From contig DATLQA010000272.1 of the NCBI GenBank assembly GCA_035535495.1, positions 15,452-79,451 of the forward strand: DNA of 64,000 bases, written 5' to 3'. A program made the translations under genes and the position numbers. This document shows positions 1-8,889 of this stretch, piece after piece (positions within the stretch are counted from its first letter, which is position 1; each line of letters opens with the position of its first letter). The notes beneath the pieces were generated by a model that worked only from the letters and a program-made list of their open reading frames with translations, made no database searches and was not told the DNA's origin. This DNA comes from Actinomycetota bacterium (lineage in GTDB: Bacteria; Actinomycetota; CALGFH01).

Positions 1-551
1 CCCCAGCCCGGGCCGCGGTCGGCCACCACCACCTCCGCCCAGCGCGAGTCGACCTGCCGCACGGTGACCTCGACGGGCTCTTCGCCGTAGCGGGCCGCGT
101 TCTCGATCAGGTTCTCGAGCGCCTGGCGCGCCATGCCCGGCTGGGCGACCGCGCCGACCGGCTCGGACGGGTGGGCGAGCACCACGCTGGCGTGGCTGGC
201 GGTGCGGACCGTGTCGGCGGCGGCCTGCGCCGCACCGACCAGGTCGGTCACCTCGCGCGAGCTGGTCCGGTCCTGGTCGAGCAGGGTGTGGGTGAGCTCC
301 TCGAGCTCGTGGATCTCGCCGAGCAGGCGGTCAAGCATCGCCTGCGGGTCGCTGCCGCGCTGCTGCAGGACGCCGACGGCCTCGGCCGCCACCCGGAGCG
401 CGGAGACCCGGCGCTTGACCTCGTGGGCCAGCATCGCCGGCGAGTCGGTGGCCGGCTCCAGGTGCTGATGCGGGGTGCGCCGCCGTACCCGGCCGCGACC
501 ATCCCGTGACGAGTCGGCGGCACGCTTGGCCGCTCGCCCGCTTCGGGCCAT
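1..551 (-). CDS. Sensor histidine kinase (HisKA + HATPase_c), 3' end runs off window
   Basis: Hand translation of the minus strand from ATG at 551: MARSGRAAK...AMLAHEVKRRVSAL (H-box)...QALENLIENAARYG (N-box)...VVADRGPG (G1-box). Not in the ORF track because it is open at the window edge. Confidence 0.85.
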   Translation of the reverse strand, partial: MARSGRAAKRAADSSRDGRGRVRRRTPHQHLEPATDSPAMLAHEVKRRVSALRVAAEAVGVLQQRGSDPQAMLDRLLGEIHELEELTHTLLDQDRTSSREVTDLVGAAQAAADTVRTASHASVVLAHPSEPVGAVAQPGMARQALENLIENAARYGEEPVEVTVRQVDSRWAEVVVADRGPGW

Positions 552-937
552 CCGAGCAGGCAGCGGCGTACGTGCCGATGGTAGTTCGAGCAGGCGATTT
601 GCCTCGGCCGGCATGGTGTCAACCCCCCCGGTTGGCGACGGTGCCGCAAAGTGACGGCGCCGCGCCCACACCGTATGTCCGCCATCTGCTCCAAACCTAC
701 GGTATTCGCAGGACGGCGCCAATCCTCAGTACTGCGTACGAGTCCTGTACGGTCGATGGACGACGATGGACACTACCGTCGCTTCATAGCAATTCCGACA
801 CAAGTTAAACAAGGTTCACGCATCATCCCGTGATCTGGGCGGGTCAACCCGCTTGGGCGGGCCGTCCACGCGGAACAGCGCTGGCCGGCCACGGCGGGTG
901 CCGCCGTGGCCGGCCAGCTGTCGGTGGTGCCGGGTCC

Positions 938-2086
938 TCAGGGGTCCGCGGTGGCCTTGGGGCCGCAGCCGTCCGGCCTGGTGGGCGCGGGGGTGGTACG
1001 TGGCGTGCTGGTCGCGGGCGTGGTGGCGGTGGTGGAGCGGCCGGCGGCGTAGCCGTGGTCGACCAGCCAGCGGGCGCGGGCCGTCTCCCACACCGAGCGG
1101 TCCCGCACCACGGTGACGCCACCTGGCAGCGGGCCGGGGTAGGCGCCGGCGCCGAGCCACACCAGGGTCACGTTCTCGGCGGTGGTCCCGGCCGGGAACG
1201 CCAGCGGGGTCCGTCCCCTGATCGGCTCCTCCTCGATCAGGAACACCGAGTTCCGCAGGACCAGCCGGTTGGCGTCCGGCGACCACTTGAACAGCTGGCC
1301 GTTGCCGGCACCGTCGGAGGCCCGCTCGTTCGGCTGGGGCGCGATGCGCAGCAGCACCCGGTCGAGGGTGAAGGTCTCCCCGGCGGGCGCCCTGCTCGGC
1401 CTCGCGTCGGCGTCGGGACGTTCGCTGATGCCCATGAAGCAGCCGTCGAACAGGCTGTCGCTCACCCGGCCGCCGATGATGTGGTCGTTCTCGACGCAGT
1501 CGTCCCGCACGTACGACAGGTAGGCGCCGCTCACCTGGGCGAAGTCGCCGTCGCCGCCCTGCAGGGAGATGCCGTCCTCGACGTTCTCGGCGCGGAAGCC
1601 GTGGACCAGGTAGCTGCCCTGGCCCTGGACCCACAGCCCGTCGCCGTTGTAGCGGCTGTAGACGGCCTGGTAGGTGAGGTTGCGGGGCTGCTGCCCGATG
1701 ACGTGGCCGCCGAGGACACACAGGTTGGTGCCGGCGCGGCCCTTGCCGAACAGGACCGGGTAGTTGGTGGAACGCCCGTAGGCGACCGAGGTGGCCCTGC
1801 GGAGGTCATAGGTGTGGTCGTCGGGGGTGCGGTCGGCGCGGTAGGGCTGGCGCAGGGTGCCCGACACGGTGGTGTGCCCCCCGCGGGCGAGGCAGTCGGA
1901 CGTCGACGCGGGCGCGGCGACCGCCGGCGACGGCGGGTTGGAGGCGCTGGCCGCCACCGCGACCAGCAGGAGCAGGCCGGCCAGCGACAGGGCGCGGGAC
2001 CCGCCCACCCGGCGGCGTGCGTGGCGGGGGCCGAGGACGGCGAGCTTCCTGGTGGAGGTGGCGAGGTGCCGCGGACGATGGCGCAT
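938..2086 (-). CDS. Secreted/anchored right-handed beta-helix (pectin-lyase-fold-like) protein
   Basis: Hydrophobic signal-like stretch (ALSLAGLLLLVAVAA), Pro/Ala linker, then beta-helix-like turns (NVEDGISL, RDDCVEND, DGCFMGIS). Start chosen at ATG 2086. Confidence 0.55.
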   Translation of the reverse strand: MRHRPRHLATSTRKLAVLGPRHARRRVGGSRALSLAGLLLLVAVAASASNPPSPAVAAPASTSDCLARGGHTTVSGTLRQPYRADRTPDDHTYDLRRATSVAYGRSTNYPVLFGKGRAGTNLCVLGGHVIGQQPRNLTYQAVYSRYNGDGLWVQGQGSYLVHGFRAENVEDGISLQGGDGDFAQVSGAYLSYVRDDCVENDHIIGGRVSDSLFDGCFMGISERPDADARPSRAPAGETFTLDRVLLRIAPQPNERASDGAGNGQLFKWSPDANRLVLRNSVFLIEEEPIRGRTPLAFPAGTTAENVTLVWLGAGAYPGPLPGGVTVVRDRSVWETARARWLVDHGYAAGRSTTATTPATSTPRTTPAPTRPDGCGPKATADP

Positions 2087-2539
2087 GACGGCTCCAGTGA
2101 CGAAGACCTGCGTGGACCGGTCGGGCGCCCGGCTGGCTGGCACGGGCGCTTCGCACCCTGCTCGCGCAGGGTCGGGCAGCTGGACGACGAGCGCATCGCC
2201 GCCTGGCGGGCGGCGGTCGGCGACGGGAACGACAGTTGGGGGAGACGAAATACTGACGGGCCGGGGAATTCCATGCAAGCTATTCGGCGAGCAATCCTGG
2301 CGTCGCGGCCTTGACGATTTGCCGGGGTCAACGCCGATCTCCGCGCCACCGCGGATCGGGGCGAGCGCGAACGGCGGGAACCGCATCGGCGGGCTGCCGT
2401 GGCCGCCTCCGCGGCCGGGGCGTACGGCCGCTACGCCGATCTGCGGATTCGCGCCCGGTCCGGTTCGCCCAGACTGGCCGGTGCTCGGAGGGCAACCGCC
2501 GCCGCGTCAGCGGCCTGGACGACAGGAGGTCTCGTTTCA

Positions 2540-3532
2540 ATGGTGGACGAGGCAGCACGCGAGCGCGACCTGCGGCCGGGGCGGCCCGGCGGCCCCGCCC
2601 CAAGGGTCAGCATCGGCATGCCCGTCTACAACGGGGCCAACTTCCTGGCGGAGACGCTCGACTCGCTGCTCGCGCAGCGGTTCACCGATTTCGAGCTGAT
2701 CATCTCCGACAACGGCTCGACCGACGACACCGAACGCATCTGCCGTGCCTATGCCGAGCGTGACGGGCGCGTGCGCTACCTGAGGGAGGCGGTCAACCGC
2801 GGCGCGACCTGGAATCACAACCGGGTCATCGAGCTCGCCAGGGGCGAGTATTTCAAGCTCGCCGCGCACGACGACCTCTGCCTGCCCGACTTCCTCGGCC
2901 GCTGCGTCGAGGTGCTCGACAGCTCCCCGGACGTGGTGCTGTGCCACCCGCGGGTGGCGATCATCGACCAGGCCGGCGACCGCCTGAAGTCCTACCGCTA
3001 TTCCTGGACGGCGGGCTCACCGCGCGTGCGGGAGCGGCTGTACGCCCTCAGCGGGCTCCGCTACCGCTGCTTCCCGGTGTTCGGCGTGGTCCGCGCCGCC
3101 TCGCTGCGCCGCACCCGCCTGATGGGCCCGTACATCGCCTCCGACCGGGTGATGCTGGCCGAACTGGGGCTGCACGGCCGCTTCGCCGAGGTCGGCGAGG
3201 AGCTGTTCCTGTCCCGCGAGCACCAGGGCCGCTCCACCAGGGCGCACAAGGCGCGCAGCGGCCGCACCGCCTGGTTCGACCCCAACCGGCGCGTCCGCGT
3301 GGTGCTGCCGGTGTGGCGCCAGGGCGTGGAGTTCGTCCGCGCCATCCGTCGCGCCCCGCTGCCACCAGGCGACCGCGCCGCCTGCTACGCCGAGATGGTC
3401 CGCTGGGTCGGTCGCCACTACAAGAGCCTCGGCAAGGACGTCGTGCTCGCCCTGCCCCAGGTGGCGCGGGCGGCCCGCGCCACGCTCACCTCGGGCCGCC
3501 GCCCCCGCCCGGCCAGCGGCCAGACCGCCTGA
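2540..3532 (+). CDS. Glycosyltransferase family 2
   Basis: VSIGMPVYNGANFLAETLDSLLAQ, ISDNGSTD, AHDD; AGGAGG RBS at 2524-2529 before ATG 2540. Confidence 0.92.
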   Translation: MVDEAARERDLRPGRPGGPAPRVSIGMPVYNGANFLAETLDSLLAQRFTDFELIISDNGSTDDTERICRAYAERDGRVRYLREAVNRGATWNHNRVIELARGEYFKLAAHDDLCLPDFLGRCVEVLDSSPDVVLCHPRVAIIDQAGDRLKSYRYSWTAGSPRVRERLYALSGLRYRCFPVFGVVRAASLRRTRLMGPYIASDRVMLAELGLHGRFAEVGEELFLSREHQGRSTRAHKARSGRTAWFDPNRRVRVVLPVWRQGVEFVRAIRRAPLPPGDRAACYAEMVRWVGRHYKSLGKDVVLALPQVARAARATLTSGRRPRPASGQTA

Positions 3533-3695
3533 CCACGCCGTTTGCCGCAGGGACGAGCCGCACGGATCGGACGGAATCGTGCGATCACCGTAGCCAGGCT
3601 CATTTCGCCTGGGGGTGGGGCAACCCCGGCGCCTTTGGAGAATGTGCCCCTGGCGCCGCCCCAAGGCGGCTGACGACGTGGGGGAGGGCGCGAGG

Positions 3696-4469
3696 GTGAA
3701 GGTCGTCATCCTGGCAGGGGGCCTCGGCACCCGGCTGGCCGAGGAGACCGAGGTCCGCCCCAAGCCGATGGTGGAGATCGGGGGGCGGCCGATCCTGTGG
3801 CACATCCTCAAGATCTACCACCACCACGGCTACCGTGACTTCGTCATCGCCCTCGGCTACAAGGGCGAGCACATCAAGCGCTGGCTGGTCGAGTACTGCT
3901 CCTACCATGGCAACCTCACCCTCAGCTCGAGGGACGGGCAGATCGTCCGCCACGCCGGCGGCGACCACGAGGACTGGACCATCGAGCTGGTCGACACCGG
4001 CCTCGACACCGCCACCGGCGGCCGCATCAAGCGCCTCGCGCCCTACCTGGGCGACCAGCCGTTCATGATGACCTGGGGCGACGGTGTGGCCAACGTCGAC
4101 CTCGACAAGCTGCTCGCGTTCCACCGCGGCCACGGCCGCCTGGCCACCGTGACCGCGGTCCGGCCGCCGGCCCGGTTCGGCCGCCTCGACCTCGAGGGCG
4201 ACCAGGTGCGCCGCTTCTCCGAGAAGCCGCAGCTCGGGGAGGGCTGGATCAACGGCGCCTTCTTCGTCCTCGAGCCGGGCATCTTCGACTACATCGAGGG
4301 CGACGACACCGTCTGGGAGCGGGAACCGCTGGAGGGGCTGGCCAGTGACGGCCAGCTGATGGCCTACCGGCACTACTCGTTCTGGCAGTGCATGGACACG
4401 CTGCGTGACAAGAAGCTCCTGGAGTCACTCTGGGATCAGCCGCGGCCGCCCTGGAAGGTGTGGGCTTGA
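3696..4469 (+). CDS. rfbF: Glucose-1-phosphate cytidylyltransferase
   Basis: KVVILAGGLGTRLAEETEVRPKPMVEIGG, DTGLDTATGGR, WINGAFFV, FWQCMDTLRDK; GTG start. Confidence 0.93.
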   Translation: MKVVILAGGLGTRLAEETEVRPKPMVEIGGRPILWHILKIYHHHGYRDFVIALGYKGEHIKRWLVEYCSYHGNLTLSSRDGQIVRHAGGDHEDWTIELVDTGLDTATGGRIKRLAPYLGDQPFMMTWGDGVANVDLDKLLAFHRGHGRLATVTAVRPPARFGRLDLEGDQVRRFSEKPQLGEGWINGAFFVLEPGIFDYIEGDDTVWEREPLEGLASDGQLMAYRHYSFWQCMDTLRDKKLLESLWDQPRPPWKVWA

Positions 4470-4500
4470 GGCGCTGCCGCCGACACGGGAGGCCCCCCAC

Positions 4501-5751
4501 ATGCACGAGGTGATCCGCGCGTGCCGCTCCTGTGGCACGGGTGGTCTTGAGCCGATCCTGTCGCTTGGCGAGACGCCCCTGGCGGACGCCCTGGTGCATC
4601 CGGACCAGCTCGACCAGCCGGAGGCCTCCTACCCGCTCGAGGTGGCCTTCTGCGCGGCCTGCTCGCTGGTCCAGCTCAAGCAGACGGTGTCGCCCGAGAC
4701 GCTGTTCACCCAGGACTACCCGTACTACTCGTCGTTCTCGGACGCGCTGATCGAGCACTCCAGGCGCAACGCCGAGCGGTTGATCACCGACGAAGGCCTC
4801 GACAAGCGGAGCCTGGTGGTCGAGCTGGCCTCCAACGACGGCTACCTGCTACGGCACTTCGCCGACCAGGGCGTGCCGGTGCTCGGCATCGACCCGGCCG
4901 CGGGCCCTGCCCGGGTCGCCCAGGAGGCCGGCATCCCCACCCTGTGCGCCTTCTTCGACCGCGAGCTGGCCGCCTGCCTGGTCGCCGAGGGCAAGCGCGC
5001 CGACGTGGTGCTGGCCAACAACGTCCTGGCCCACGTGCCGGACCTGAACGGCTTCGTGGCCGGCATCGGCGTGCTGCTCGCCGAGCGCGGCGTGGCCGTG
5101 ATCGAGGCCCCCTACGTCCGCGACCTGATCGACCGGTGCGAGTTCGACACCATCTACCACGAGCACCTCTGCTACTTCTCCGTGACCGCGCTGGAGCGGC
5201 TGTTCGCCAGGCACGGGCTGGTGCTCTCCAGGGTCGAGCACTACCCGCTGCACGGCGGGTCGCTGCGCCTGTACGTACGCCCCGGCGGCGAGCCGGACGA
5301 GACCGTCCGCCGCTACCTGGCCGAGGAGGCCGAGCGCGGCCTCGACACGGCCGGCTACTACCGCGACTTCGCCGCCAGGGTCGAGCAGGTCAAGCACGAC
5401 CTGCTCGAGCTGCTCGGCAAGCTCAAGGCCTCCGGCGCCCGCATCGCCGCCTACGGCGCCGCCGCCAAGGGCGCCACCCTGCTCAACTACGTCGGGATCG
5501 GCCCCGAGACGATCGACTACGTGGTCGACCGCAACGTGCACAAGCAGGGCCGCTTCATGCCTGGGGTGCGCCTGCCGATCGCCGACCCGGCCAGGCTCGT
5601 CGCCGACCAGCCCGACTACGTGCTGCTGCTGGCCTGGAACTTCGCCGAGGAGATCCTGGCCCAGCAGGAGGCCTACCAGCGCGCCGGTGGCCGCTTCGTG
5701 GTCCCTGTCCCGGAGCCGGCGGTGCTCGGAGCGCCTGCCCCGACCCGGTGA
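4501..5751 (+). CDS. NDP-sugar C-methyltransferase (class I SAM, Zn-binding N-terminus)
   Basis: CRSCG...CAACSLVQL, VVELASNDG, FDTIYHEHLCYFS, YGAAAKGATLLN. Confidence 0.88.
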   Translation: MHEVIRACRSCGTGGLEPILSLGETPLADALVHPDQLDQPEASYPLEVAFCAACSLVQLKQTVSPETLFTQDYPYYSSFSDALIEHSRRNAERLITDEGLDKRSLVVELASNDGYLLRHFADQGVPVLGIDPAAGPARVAQEAGIPTLCAFFDRELAACLVAEGKRADVVLANNVLAHVPDLNGFVAGIGVLLAERGVAVIEAPYVRDLIDRCEFDTIYHEHLCYFSVTALERLFARHGLVLSRVEHYPLHGGSLRLYVRPGGEPDETVRRYLAEEAERGLDTAGYYRDFAARVEQVKHDLLELLGKLKASGARIAAYGAAAKGATLLNYVGIGPETIDYVVDRNVHKQGRFMPGVRLPIADPARLVADQPDYVLLLAWNFAEEILAQQEAYQRAGGRFVVPVPEPAVLGAPAPTR

Positions 5752-5769
5752 GCCCACGGGCTCACCGGG
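5744..5769. terminator. Perfect 12-bp inverted repeat between convergent genes
   Basis: CCCGGTGAGCCC-AC-GGGCTCACCGGG overlapping the methyltransferase stop, facing the convergent amidoligase; no U-tract. Confidence 0.55.
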
Positions 5770-5787
5770 CGTGAGCGGGTCGCCCTC

Positions 5788-7599
5788 CTACCCGTAGGCG
5801 CGGCGCCAGAGCGCGAAGGTGGCCAGGGCGCAGACCTTGCCGTACTGGTCGGCCCTGCCCTCCATGTGGTCGGCCACCAGCCCCCTGACCGCGTCCACGT
5901 CGAACAGGTCCTCGAGGTACTCGGGCCGCAGGGCGTCCTCGATGAAGCGGCGCGAGCCGGCGCGGACCCACTCGTCGTAGTGGACGTAGGCCTTGCGGTC
6001 GTGGACCAGCTCGGAGCCGGACGGCAGGCGGGCCGCCAGCTCCGCCTGGGCCCGGCGGAGCAGCCGCCGCGACCAGTAGCGCACCCGCGAGGCGTCGACC
6101 GGCGCACCGGTCTTGGCGTAGGGGACCTGGGCCACGGAGGAGAGGTGGCGGACGATCATGCGGCGGTACTGGCGCTGGTCGACCATGGGCTGCTTGGGCA
6201 GGCCGAGGACGAAGTCGACCAGGTCGTTGTCGGTGAACGGCTCCACCGGCCGGCAGGAGAGCCCGAGCAGCTCCCGGTGGCCGCTGGTGTAGCGGCGGTG
6301 GCGCGCCCGCAGCTCCACGTACATGCAGCGGCCGAGGGCGTCGTCGGTGGCCGCGGCGATGAAGGTGCGCTGCACCGAGGCGAACGCCTCGCCGCGCACG
6401 GCCGCGTACACGGGCGGCTTGAGCAGCCGGCTCAGCTCGGCGTCGCTGCAGAAGCGGGCGTACTTGGTACGCCACAACGCCTCGAGGGCGGCGTCCGGCG
6501 GGGTGTTGACGGTCACCCTGCGGGGCAGGTTGGTGCCGGTCAGCGGGCCGCCGAGGAAGCCGCTCCAGGCCACCGCCGTGCCGGCCTGCTCGAAGACGTC
6601 GTTCGCCGCCAGGATCCAGAAGGTGGAGCAGCTGGCCGAGCCCTCCTGCGCGACCAGCCCGGCCTCGGCGTGGTCGGCGATGTAGGTCGGGCCGACCGGC
6701 ACGAAGGTGTGCGGGTAGCCGAGGGTGGCGGCGAGCTGGCGGGCGAAGCGGACGTCGTTGGCGTGCTCGTGGCCGACGGTCGCGGTGACCACCTCCAGGC
6801 CGGGTGCCTGCTCGTGGAGGAGCGCCGCCAGCAGGCGGGAGTCGAGCCCGCCGGTGAGCGGCAGCGCGATGCCGGGCTCGGCACGGCGCGCGACCGCTGT
6901 CCGCAGCAGCCGGGCGAACTCGTCGACGGCGTCGTCGCCGGCGTCCCGCGCGGCGCCGGCCTGGGACAGCTCGTAGTCCCAGTACGGCTGCACCACCAGC
7001 TTCTCGCCCTCCCAGATGGCGACGCTGGCGGGCGGGAGGAGCTTGACCCGGTCGTAGAGGACGCGGTCGTCGAGGAGGTGGCCGACGGTGAGCAGGTCGG
7101 CCACTGCCAGCTCGCTGACCCCGCGGTCGAAGCTCGGGTGGGAGGCGAGCGCCTTCGGCTCGGTGGCCAGCTCCAGCCCGTCGGGCGACCGCCACCAGTA
7201 CAGCTTCTGGAAGCCGTAGCGGTCGTTGACCACCGTCAGCCTGCCGGCGTCCCGCTCCCACACCAGGATCGCGTAGACGCCGTTGAGCCCGGCAAGGGCC
7301 CCGGCCCCGCCGGTCAGGAACCGGTGGAGCAGCGCCTCGGCGAGTGCCGCCGGGGTCCGCTCGGCACCCTTGGCCGGCGCGACGTCGACCACCTCGCCGG
7401 CCAGGGCCAGCACGACCCCGCCGCGCCGCGCCAGGGCGGGCGCGTCGTCCCAGTCCACCGCCGCCAGGCCGGCGGCGCCGGCGACCGCCTTGGCCGTGGT
7501 GTACCAGGGACGGTGGAGCATGGTGGCGACCATCCGGTCCAGCCGTACGGCGGGCGGCCGGCGGCGGTCGCCGCCGACCAGGCCCACGATCCCGGGCAT
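5788..7599 (-). CDS. Asparagine synthase-related amidoligase
   Basis: Ntn-like N-domain (LNGVYAILVW, NDRYGFQKLYW) and PP-loop LPLTGGLDSR, PFTDNDLVDF; N-terminus is MPGIVG instead of MCGI. Confidence 0.85.
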   Translation of the reverse strand: MPGIVGLVGGDRRRPPAVRLDRMVATMLHRPWYTTAKAVAGAAGLAAVDWDDAPALARRGGVVLALAGEVVDVAPAKGAERTPAALAEALLHRFLTGGAGALAGLNGVYAILVWERDAGRLTVVNDRYGFQKLYWWRSPDGLELATEPKALASHPSFDRGVSELAVADLLTVGHLLDDRVLYDRVKLLPPASVAIWEGEKLVVQPYWDYELSQAGAARDAGDDAVDEFARLLRTAVARRAEPGIALPLTGGLDSRLLAALLHEQAPGLEVVTATVGHEHANDVRFARQLAATLGYPHTFVPVGPTYIADHAEAGLVAQEGSASCSTFWILAANDVFEQAGTAVAWSGFLGGPLTGTNLPRRVTVNTPPDAALEALWRTKYARFCSDAELSRLLKPPVYAAVRGEAFASVQRTFIAAATDDALGRCMYVELRARHRRYTSGHRELLGLSCRPVEPFTDNDLVDFVLGLPKQPMVDQRQYRRMIVRHLSSVAQVPYAKTGAPVDASRVRYWSRRLLRRAQAELAARLPSGSELVHDRKAYVHYDEWVRAGSRRFIEDALRPEYLEDLFDVDAVRGLVADHMEGRADQYGKVCALATFALWRRAYG

Positions 7600-7627
7600 T
7601 CCGTTGCCTCCCTCTCGGTCGAGCCGG

Positions 7628-8833
7628 TCAGACCGCGACCACGTCGGCGTCCACCCGGAGGCGGTCCAGTTCCGCGCGGATCTCGTCGCGGTAGATGGGG
7701 TTCATGACGATGACCACGTCCGGTCGGTATTCGGCCAGGAACTCCGGGGGGACGATGCGCTGGCCGGTGGCGGCCATGAACATGCCGTGCTTGTACGGGT
7801 TGATGTCGACCGCGACCTCGATCCGCTCGGCGGCCGGCAGGGCGCACAGGAACGCGACCCCCTTGGAGCCGGCTCCCCAGACCACCGCCCGGCGTCCCGA
7901 GGCGAACAGGTCAGCCAGGCGGGCGTCCCACGCCGCCAGCTGCGCCTGATGGCGGCGCCGGAATTCCCGCACCGCCACGGCCACGTCCTCCACCTGGTCC
8001 ACGCCCGGGGGGCTGGCACTCCGCCCCCCGTATCCCTCGTCGGTGCGGGCCTCCAGCAGGATGTACTGGTCGTCGTAGTCGAGGCTGGCATCCAGCACGG
8101 CGAAGCCGCTGCGCTCGAACAGCCGCACCAGCGAGCCGACCGTGAAGTACGAGCAGTGCTCGTAGTAGATGTCCCAGAAGGCGACCTCGCGCAGCACCCT
8201 GAGCACGTCGGGCAGCTCGAAGAAGACGGTGGTGGCCTGCCGCCCGGCCAGGTTGGCCCTGAGCAGTTCCATGAACCCGGCCACGTCGGAGATGTGCTCC
8301 AGCGTGTGCCGGCAGATCACGAAGTCGGCCGGCAGGTCGGCGTGCTGCTTGCGGTACAGGTCGGCGATGAAGCTGACCCGGTCGGCGGCCGGGCCGCGCA
8401 CCCGTTCGAGCACCACGCTGGGGTCGACCCCGATGCCGCGGTTGCCGCCCAGCTCGCAGACGCGCAGCAGGAACTCGCCCTTGCCGCAGCCGATCTCCAG
8501 GATGTCCCTGTCGCGCAGGTCGAAGCGGTCGACCAGGCGGTGGGCGAGGTCGTCGGCGAAGCGCTGGAAGCGAGGTGAGAAGCCCTGGGTCTCCTCGTAG
8601 CGGGTCGAGTACTCGGCCAGCGCCTGGTCGAACGCCGTGTTGCCGATGAACCCGCAGGCATGGCAGAAGCCGAGGCGGATGGCTCCTCGCGGGAACGCGC
8701 GCGCCTCCGCCTCGCTCGCCAGCAGCAGGCAGCTGTTGACCGGGACGCCTGCCTCCTGGTGGAAGACCTCGACGTCGGTGGAGCCACAGCTCAGACAGGC
8801 ATGCTCGTCGGGCACAGGGGAATAGGAGGGCAA
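7628..8833 (-). CDS. Second NDP-sugar C-methyltransferase
   Basis: CLSCG...CHACG, LEIGCGKG, YYEHCSYF, WGAGSKG, VDINPYKHG; AAGGAG RBS before TTG 8833. Confidence 0.87.
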   Translation of the reverse strand: MPSYSPVPDEHACLSCGSTDVEVFHQEAGVPVNSCLLLASEAEARAFPRGAIRLGFCHACGFIGNTAFDQALAEYSTRYEETQGFSPRFQRFADDLAHRLVDRFDLRDRDILEIGCGKGEFLLRVCELGGNRGIGVDPSVVLERVRGPAADRVSFIADLYRKQHADLPADFVICRHTLEHISDVAGFMELLRANLAGRQATTVFFELPDVLRVLREVAFWDIYYEHCSYFTVGSLVRLFERSGFAVLDASLDYDDQYILLEARTDEGYGGRSASPPGVDQVEDVAVAVREFRRRHQAQLAAWDARLADLFASGRRAVVWGAGSKGVAFLCALPAAERIEVAVDINPYKHGMFMAATGQRIVPPEFLAEYRPDVVIVMNPIYRDEIRAELDRLRVDADVVAV

Positions 8834-8889
8834 GGGGGGCTCCTTCGTCGGCGACGGCGGTGAGCCGGCGTGGTGAGCCGGCGGCGGTG

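Noticed and set aside
6512-6528. GTCACCCTGCGGGGCAG resembling the family-2 repeat inside the amidoligase (also CTGCGGGGCAG near 19300)
   Set aside because: It lacks 4 internal bases, encodes ordinary LPRR/LPRS codons mid-domain, and such matches are expected in GC-rich coding DNA.
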